Source: Verrucomicrobiota bacterium (lineage in GTDB: Bacteria; Verrucomicrobiota; Verrucomicrobiia; Chthoniobacterales; UBA6821). From it: a stretch of 18,719 nucleotides of DNA. The position numbers and the translations under genes are program-made. Within the stretch, counting starts at the first letter, position 1. Every line of letters starts with the position of its first letter. The stretch lies in NCBI GenBank assembly GCA_008932965.1, contig WBXG01000034.1, forward strand, positions 1-18,719. Reading direction: 5' to 3'. Under the pieces are notes generated by a model. It was not told the origin of the DNA, made no database searches, and saw only the letters and a program-made list of their open reading frames with translations. Below are positions 8,602 to 16,100 of this stretch, piece by piece.

Positions 8602-9387
8602 ATGCATGAAACAATCTACAAACCACTTGAAGGAAAAGTAGGCGTCGTCTTTGGAGTCGCTAACAAACGAAGCATTGCCTGGGCCATTGCACTTGCTTGG
8701 CATCGGGCTGGAGCAAAACTTTTATTCAACTACCAAGGAGATCGTCTTAAAGAAAATGTAGAAGAACTCACCAGTGAATTTGGATCGGATGTTTTCTTGC
8801 TTCCTTGTGATGTTGCTGACGACGCACAAGTCACAGAGTTTTTTACCAAAGTTCGTGAGTATACTCCGAAGCTTGATCTCATGCTCCACTCGGTGGCCTT
8901 TGCTCCTAAGGAAGCACTTGAAGGAGATTTTATTTCTACTTCACGTGAGGCTTTTTTAATGGCCCACAACATCAGCGCTTATTCCCTTGTCGGACTGACT
9001 CGCGAAGCAGCTCCACTCATGACCGAGGGAGGAAGTATTGTGGCTATGACCTATTATGGAGCTGCAAAAGTAGTCCCACATTACAATGTGATGGGAGTAG
9101 CAAAAGCCTCTCTTGAGGCAAGCACACGCTATTTAGCCTATGACCTTGGAACTAAAAAAATTCGAGTGAATTGCATCAGTGCAGGACCAGTACAGACACT
9201 TGCAGCACGCGGGATCTCTGGATTCTCCTCGATGATGAAACATTACGAGGCCCATGCTCCCCTGAAACGGAGTTGTACCACCGAAGAACTCGGACATACG
9301 GGGGTTTTCCTAGCAAGTGATGGTGCTGCAGGAATCACAGGACAAGTGCTCTACGTCGACGGTGGATACGAAATTATGGGAATGTAG
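8602..9387 (+). CDS. fabI: enoyl-[acyl-carrier-protein] reductase (NADH), FabI type
   Basis: Motif GVANKRSIAWAIA and catalytic Tyr-x6-Lys in HYNVMGVAKASLEASTRYLA, with SAGPVQTLAA following. The ORF-track start at 8566 is TTG. ATG 8602 gives 261 aa, typical for FabI. Confidence 0.9.
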   Translation: MHETIYKPLEGKVGVVFGVANKRSIAWAIALAWHRAGAKLLFNYQGDRLKENVEELTSEFGSDVFLLPCDVADDAQVTEFFTKVREYTPKLDLMLHSVAFAPKEALEGDFISTSREAFLMAHNISAYSLVGLTREAAPLMTEGGSIVAMTYYGAAKVVPHYNVMGVAKASLEASTRYLAYDLGTKKIRVNCISAGPVQTLAARGISGFSSMMKHYEAHAPLKRSCTTEELGHTGVFLASDGAAGITGQVLYVDGGYEIMGM

Positions 9388-9633
9388 CCCCCAAAGGGGA
9401 GAGTTCTATTGTTGGGATCATTGAGTGCCATAGCGTTCATACTTGCTACCGATCCCTTACGTAAGCCGGGAAGCTAGCGGGATACTACGTTAGCCCGCCT
9501 ATTTCATACCGATTCTGCTGCGGCTTGCGAGCACCTGATGGATACTGCGTCAGTCTCGAATTGTGATGCCGAGCTGTATCTATCTACATTGACTTGCTCG
9601 CAACTTCTCAGTAGAGCCAGTGGAGCGATTTCT

Positions 9634-10173
9634 TTACTTCCACCAGATTCCATCTGAGGGGAGAGGTAGTGCAGCATTAGATTCAAAGATAGGAGGGTCA
9701 GACCAGGTTTTGGAGTAAGGAGGATTGGAGAACATATGCGTAATGTCATAGGGGTCGATTTCTTGACCAGCAAAGGGACCTTGATTTGGAGAAATGATAT
9801 AATAGAAATAAGTATTTTCAAATGTTCTCTGCTCCAAAACCCTTTTGAGAGTCACCACGGTTCCTTTATGTAAGACTCCCTCTAAGGTGACATGATTATT
9901 TTTAGAGCCGATATATTTATCATCGACTATTTCACTTAGGCCATAAGCAAAATTTCCAAGATTATGCGTCGTTCCCAAACATAATTTGCATGGGGAAGAG
10001 AGATAGGAATGCTCTCCATAGTCATTGAAGTAGTAGATATAAAAATCTTGCTGCAGAACAAATTGCTTACCAATGGCCTCTCGGTAAGGTTTTTTTTTGC
10101 TCAGATCGATCGTGCAGGAGGTTAGAGCACAACCCAGGAAGATCACAATAACTCTTAAAATACATCTTTTCAT
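9634..10173 (-). CDS. small secreted lipoprotein; candidate cognate immunity protein of the upstream Rhs toxin tip
   Basis: 179-aa ORF whose ATG lies 17 nt after the rhs stop, with GGGGGA upstream. Signal peptide MKRCILRVIVIFLGCALTSC has lipobox L-T-S-C (Cys20). I recognise no family motif. The immunity role is inferred from position only. Confidence 0.6.
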   Translation of the reverse strand: MKRCILRVIVIFLGCALTSCTIDLSKKKPYREAIGKQFVLQQDFYIYYFNDYGEHSYLSSPCKLCLGTTHNLGNFAYGLSEIVDDKYIGSKNNHVTLEGVLHKGTVVTLKRVLEQRTFENTYFYYIISPNQGPFAGQEIDPYDITHMFSNPPYSKTWSDPPIFESNAALPLPSDGIWWK

Positions 10174-10190
10174 GATCTCTAGTCCCCCAC

Positions 10191-13100
10191 TTAATGCTGT
10201 ATTAAAAAGGGAAGGTTCCTTTGGAAGGAGTGATTTCCTAAAACATCGAAAAAGTAATTATCTGTTTCTAAGGTGCTATCCCATTTTTTAAAGTGACTAC
10301 TTGGAAACAATATTGAAATCAGATCGAACCGATTGCGTACATTGGTGACACTTTTAAAACCTACCTCATCTTTTTCCATATAGCGCTGGGGATTAAGCCC
10401 GATATACTCAAAATGAGCTTTTGCACTAGGTGTCATGTAAGGAGATGCATTGTTCACTACCACAGAACCATTACTATAGGCAAAGGCTTTTCCTCCATTA
10501 TTGTGATTCACAATATCTGCAAAATAGAGGGAGCGAAGATCGATAAAGCCAAGCTGTTCATAGAAGGCCCTTGGGATATCTTTCCAGCCACTACCATAGT
10601 TATTGATACGGAGTACAGCATGTTTATCGAGTCCTAACGAAGTGGCTATGGAATATGCATTTTTTTGTGCACGCAGAGCCTTTGTAAAAATTCCATTAAT
10701 GCTCATGATTCGGTCTTGATTAGAGGTCTCTTGGAGGGCTTGATTTCTATCTTTTAAAAAATCGGGATTATTTAAATCCCCATCAACATAACTGAGCTCC
10801 ATTCCTAAAATTGTGAATAAAATATTTTTCAGGCTTAAGCTTGGATTATTCATATCATGAACGATGTTCGTGGCATTTTGATACTCCATATCACTAAGGA
10901 GTCCAAGTTCCCTCCCCTTCTCCACACACCTTCCATCCGAATCCAGCCCATTCACCGGATCGCCGTTGCAGTAATCATATAAACTCAAGCTTGCATCATG
11001 CCCGAGGGGGTCTGGGGATAAGAACCTCCCACTCTTAGGTTCATAATACCGAGCCCCCAACGAGTAGAACCCAGTCCAGTCGAGGTAACGACCACGCCAT
11101 TGAGGAACCAGATCAGCATTGACGCTGGAGCCTGGCATCGCTCCGTAACCTCCTAAAACGTTCCCCCAAGGAGAAAAGCCAACATCAGTTGTGATCCCTA
11201 ACGCATCTCCAAAGAAGTTATTAACGACTCCGTGAACTTGGCCAGAGGCTTCTAAAAGGGTTGCTTCGAGTCCTCCTATTCCTTGCGCTCCGCCGTAGGT
11301 GCCACTCCGATCAGGGCCAAAAAGGTTCCAAGTGCGACCAAAATTATCATGACCGAGTTCTAAAAACTCATATTCGGGGTCATAATAATAGGTGAGTTTG
11401 AGTGGGGTAGAGCTTTCTTGGGTGCCAGTGGCATCGCTGTAATGAGTCTGAAGGCGCCTTCCAAAGCCATCATAGATGGTAGTCCAATTGTAGCCTTGGT
11501 TCTTTTCATTACGTTTTTCTACACGCACAAGCCTTCCAAAGCTATCCCAAGTGAGTGACTGAGTTGTACTCTTTTCTATGGAGCGACTCGTAACTTCTCC
11601 AAGGCCGTCATAGCCTATATTCCAGGGGTAGTAGTACCAGCCACTAGAGTAATCGGTATCACGTGTGGGCTGATCAAAACTATTTTTGGCTTGAATGACA
11701 TCGCCGGTAGAACCCTCTAAGTTGAGTCCTGTGGGACTTACCGAGGAGGAGACTCTTACTCCTAAATCGTCGAAGGCATAATGAGCAGTATGTGTTCCAA
11801 TAGGAAATACACTTGGATTGGCAGATTCCATCAGGGTGAAGGGCTCCTGAATCAATCGACCATGATCATCATACTCGTAGTTGCGTGTTTCATTTTGAGT
11901 GCCCACGATGCTATAGCTAGTGAGTTTGTGATCTGATCTCCAGGATAAATTTTCAGTGGATGCATCCGGGAGTTTTGTGCGGGTGATATTTCCAAAACCA
12001 TCCCGGGTAAGTTCCGTAGAGCCGGAGGGAGTTTGCTTGGTAAGAAGAAGTCCATGATCCCCATACGCATAGGAGCAAGTCCCCAGGAGGCTTTCTGATC
12101 CAGTGAGTAGTCCAAGTGCATTGTAGGAAAAATGATAGTCTGGTCCTTTTGTATCATGATTCCATTTAAGTTCTGTGCGGTTCCCTGACGTATCCCAAGT
12201 TTGACTCCAGGAGGAGATAACCTCTCCGTTAAGGGAGGTCGACTCACTGGTTAAATGACCTTCGGGGTCATACTCCCTCGAAACCAATGTCGAGGGACCT
12301 GTGGAGGTCGTGGTATAACCTTGAGCTACTGAAGTAAGTAGGCCCCGTGGGTCGTAGGTATAGGTGGTGTTTTGATTTTGCTCTGGGATTTTAGAGCCAC
12401 TGGAGTTGATAGAGGTAGGATGTCCCCAGCCATCGTAGGAAAGTGAAGTCGTAAAACCACGTGGGTCGGTGATAGAGGAGAGGAGTCCATGAGCATAGGC
12501 ATAGGTATGATTACGGGTCGTGCTTGGGTTGCTTCCAGTGCTTCCAACCAAGGCATCACTTACTTTTTGACCTGCTTTGTCGTAAGAATGTGTTTCAATA
12601 AGCCCTTCGGGCATGGTCCGTTTGAGGATTTCTCCTGCAGGATTACGTTCGTAGGTAACCGAGCTATTACTTCCACTATCGCCGTAGGGAAGGACTTCAG
12701 TTTCAATCTGGTTGAGCGCATTGTAAATCCAGTGACGTTGAAGACCACTCTCATCGCGTGACCAATAGAGGTTTCCATTGGGGTCATAGGCATTCATTTG
12801 GAAGGCTCCATTGGGGTGGGTGATTAAAAGTGGATGCCCTTGCAAGTTTGTATAGGTGGTGGTTGTGATGGCGTTACTTCCAGTGCCAAGGGTTGTGGTC
12901 ACACTTTGATGATCACCGGAGTATTGATTGCTCTCATTATAAGCCACACTTCCATCGGCATTAAATAAGGTAGTGAGTACCACTCTTCCAATCCCATCTA
13001 AAAAGGTATTTTGCCATTCTCCTTTGCCATTGACCCAGCTTATGCAGCCTGGTTTGTAAAGGTATGATTTTTCTGAAAGGGGTCCTGCTTCGCTTTTAAC

Positions 13101-16100
13101 TCGACTTAGTCCATCGTAGCTATAATTCCACGTGCTTCCGGCAAGATCGGTTTTGGAGGTGAGGTTGCCTCGTCCATCATGGCTCTCAGAAGTACTCCCA
13201 AGGTTCTTTCCAGAGGTATCGGTAAAGGTACGGGTGATGCTGTTACCTTGGTAGGTTGTTTTACAGATCGTTCCATTGGGGAGGGTTTCCTGTACAAGAC
13301 GTCCTGCTAAGTCGTAGCGGTAGCTACTCGTCGTTCCATCGGCATGGGAGGCTGATAAGATTTGACCTAGTGCGTTGTAGTTGTAATTTTCACTTCCACC
13401 TAAAATGGTGGTGTGGGTGGCCACGTTGCCTCCTGGCTCATAGGTGAAGGATTCGCTTGCTGCCCCGTCGCCCAAGGAACGTGAAAGCATGTTACTAAGG
13501 GTATCGTAGGTCATGGTTGTTTTATGACCGTTAGGGTCGGTGATCGAGGTGCAGTTGCCAAGCAGGTCGTAGCCATATTCTGTGGCTGCTATTCCATTAC
13601 TTGTGACTCCTTTTCCATCAGTACTAGCAGCGCTAAGCCAGGTGCCTTTGTGAAGAAGGTGTCCACCTCGATCGTAGTCGTAGTAGGTGTAATCGACGGG
13701 GTTGAAGCGGGCTCCTTGTTCCCATTCGAGTTCTCCATTCCAATTGTAGTACCAGCCATGCCAGTCAACCGGCTTGTTATCGGTGCCGAAGGTTTCTTCA
13801 AAGGTGCGGCGGCCAAAAGCATCATAAGAATATTTTTTTAAGATTCCTCGCGAGTCGGTTTCAGAGACGATTTCTCCACGGCGGTTGGTGGTGATCGTCG
13901 TTTTAACTTCTGGATCCTTGCTTCCTGTGCTCTTGGTGATGGAGGTTAGGAACCCGTGGGTGTCGTAGCTGGTGCTGGTGGAAGAACCATCAATGCTTAC
14001 CAAGGTAGGAAGTCCAAAATTGCCGTAGTTGAGTATGGTGGAGCTCACGGTTTTCCCGTCTGAGGTTTTGACAATGCTCGTGGGATTGAAAGGATGACTT
14101 GAATCGCTATAGCTGTAACTTGTTGAGTTACCAACTGGATCAGTGATAGAAGTCACTATGTTGTTTCCGTTGTAGGTCAATGTTGTTTTGGCTATTTCGT
14201 TGCTTCCACTTCCAGTAATTTTGCCGCTTAGGGCGCGACTTGTGAGGTTACCTTGGTTGTCGTAGGTGAAATTTGTGACAAGGCCACGTTTGTTGGTAGA
14301 GCTGTTGAGTACTCGAACGATAACGTCTTTAGACCAGGTTTGAGTAATCCACTCTTGAGTAGTGGTTGGATTGATTCCGCTACCAGTAGCAGGGTAGGTA
14401 ATTTTACTAATTTGGCTACCTGCAATCGTGTAGGTTGTTATGTTACCACTTGCATCTTTGACGCTGGTGGTGCCATTAATCGTATTGTCACTGTTGGTAT
14501 AGGTAACGTTGTAGGTAAAGGTGGCACTTGTAGTTGGTGTTGGACTCACTCCTACAGTGGAAGCTTGAGTGACAACACGTCGCTCAGCGTCGTAGCTGTT
14601 TTGTAAGATGCGGCCGTTGGGATTGGTTTCTTGAGTAAGGAGGTGAGTTCCTTTTTGATATCTGTAGGTAATGACCGAATTGTCCGGCAATGTCACTTTG
14701 ACGAGGTTGCCTTCTTTATCATAGCTGTAGAGGAGCCGACGACCATCGTTAGAAAACGCTTCTATAATGTGAGCATACACGTCGTAGTGAAAATGGATAT
14801 TGTTTCCGTTGTTAGAAGTGACGGCACTCAGTTGCCCGTAGTCATTGGCTTTGTTGTTGGTACCATAAGTGAATGTGTAGCTGTTTCCTTGATTATCTCG
14901 CCATGAATCGAGGTAAGGACGGGTTCGGGTGATTTCGGGAGATCCTAAAACAGGAAATGATTTTGTGGCAAAGGTTCTGATATTTCCATTTGATCCTTTG
15001 AGAATGTAGGATCCATCAGCAGTTTTGCTGATCACGTTATTGAAGAGGTTTTGGCTTGGACCAGGTGTGCCATCGTTGGCATTGATTAAATCAGGATTGT
15101 CTGAGGCTAGTGGCTTCCAGTTTTTTTGATCTGCATTGTAGTGATAAGCAATAACCGATCCATCCATCTCAGCTGCGTAGATCATGCTTGCTGGCGTGGT
15201 CTCATTTCCATCGGCAGAGAGCATGAGGTAAGGAAAGGTACCCAACTTCCATCCACCACCTAGGTTATTATCGCTCAAATTCTGTGATCCGTAGGTGCGG
15301 CGTAGTTCCAGTGGCATAGGACCATTGAGTTGGAGATCAAGTGCGTTTACATAAAATTCTCCATTTACCACACTCACCGGATCCATCACATAGGAGAGGA
15401 GTTTTCCGTAGTAAGAGGGAGTACCTATGAATCCTATGTTTGCTACCTCTTTTTTTAAAATAGCTATTTGCGCTGGAGGTAGAGGAGTGGAGGGCTGTTG
15501 GTTGGGTATGTTAGTTCCACTTCCTGGTTGAGTAGGCGGAGTCGTGTTTGATGGTGGAGGTAGAGGAGTGAAGGGCTGTTGGTTGGGTATGTTAGTTCCA
15601 CTTCCTGGTTGAGTAGGCGGAGTCGTGCTTGATGGTGGAGTTGCAGGAGAATTTGTGTTCGATGTAGGGTCTCCACCCTTGTATTGATTCTGAATCTGCT
15701 TCAGTGCCTGATCCATCTGTACTTTGTAGATCCAATCATTAAGTTGTTTGTTAAGATCATTAAGTTGTTTGTTAAAATCATTGTTCTCATCAGGATTGAA
15801 GGAGGAGATGGGAGTGGTAGAGCCTCCGTAGCCGCCGTTATCAATACTATGGGAATCAGAAATTAGAGCTCCAATAGAATCTTGTGATATAGTGAAGGCC
15901 CCCATGCCTGTATAAGGCTTCCCTTGTTGGCCAGGAGCAGTGACAGGGGTTTGGTTGATGATGGCAATGTTTGTCTTTTTTCCTGCATCTGCTTCTTGAG
16001 TGCCAGGACGAACAAAAAGATCTAAGATAGCTTGAAAAAGGCCGTATCGAATTGCCCAAGCTGCAAGAGAAGCAGTAATGGTATTTAAGTTGGATGATAT

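Noticed and set aside
9388-9399. CCCCC-AAA-GGGG hairpin right after the fabI stop as an intrinsic terminator.
   Set aside because: It has only a 4-bp stem and is not followed by a T-tract, so it is insufficient to call.
9639-9645. TCCACCA, resembling a tRNA or tmRNA 3' end.
   Set aside because: It lies inside the lipoprotein coding sequence (antisense to its last codons, ...IWWK), and no T-arm or acceptor stem precedes it.
9504-9821. 105-aa - strand ORF spanning the lipoprotein 3' end and the spacer.
   Set aside because: It overlaps the better-supported lipoprotein frame over most of its length. The remainder falls in the hairpin-rich spacer, and there is no ribosome-binding site or motif.
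15464-15866. Repeat cluster as a CRISPR-like or non-coding satellite array.
   Set aside because: There are only 2-2.3 contiguous copies with no spacers. They are perfectly in frame within the rhs ORF and encode a Pro/Thr-rich linker.
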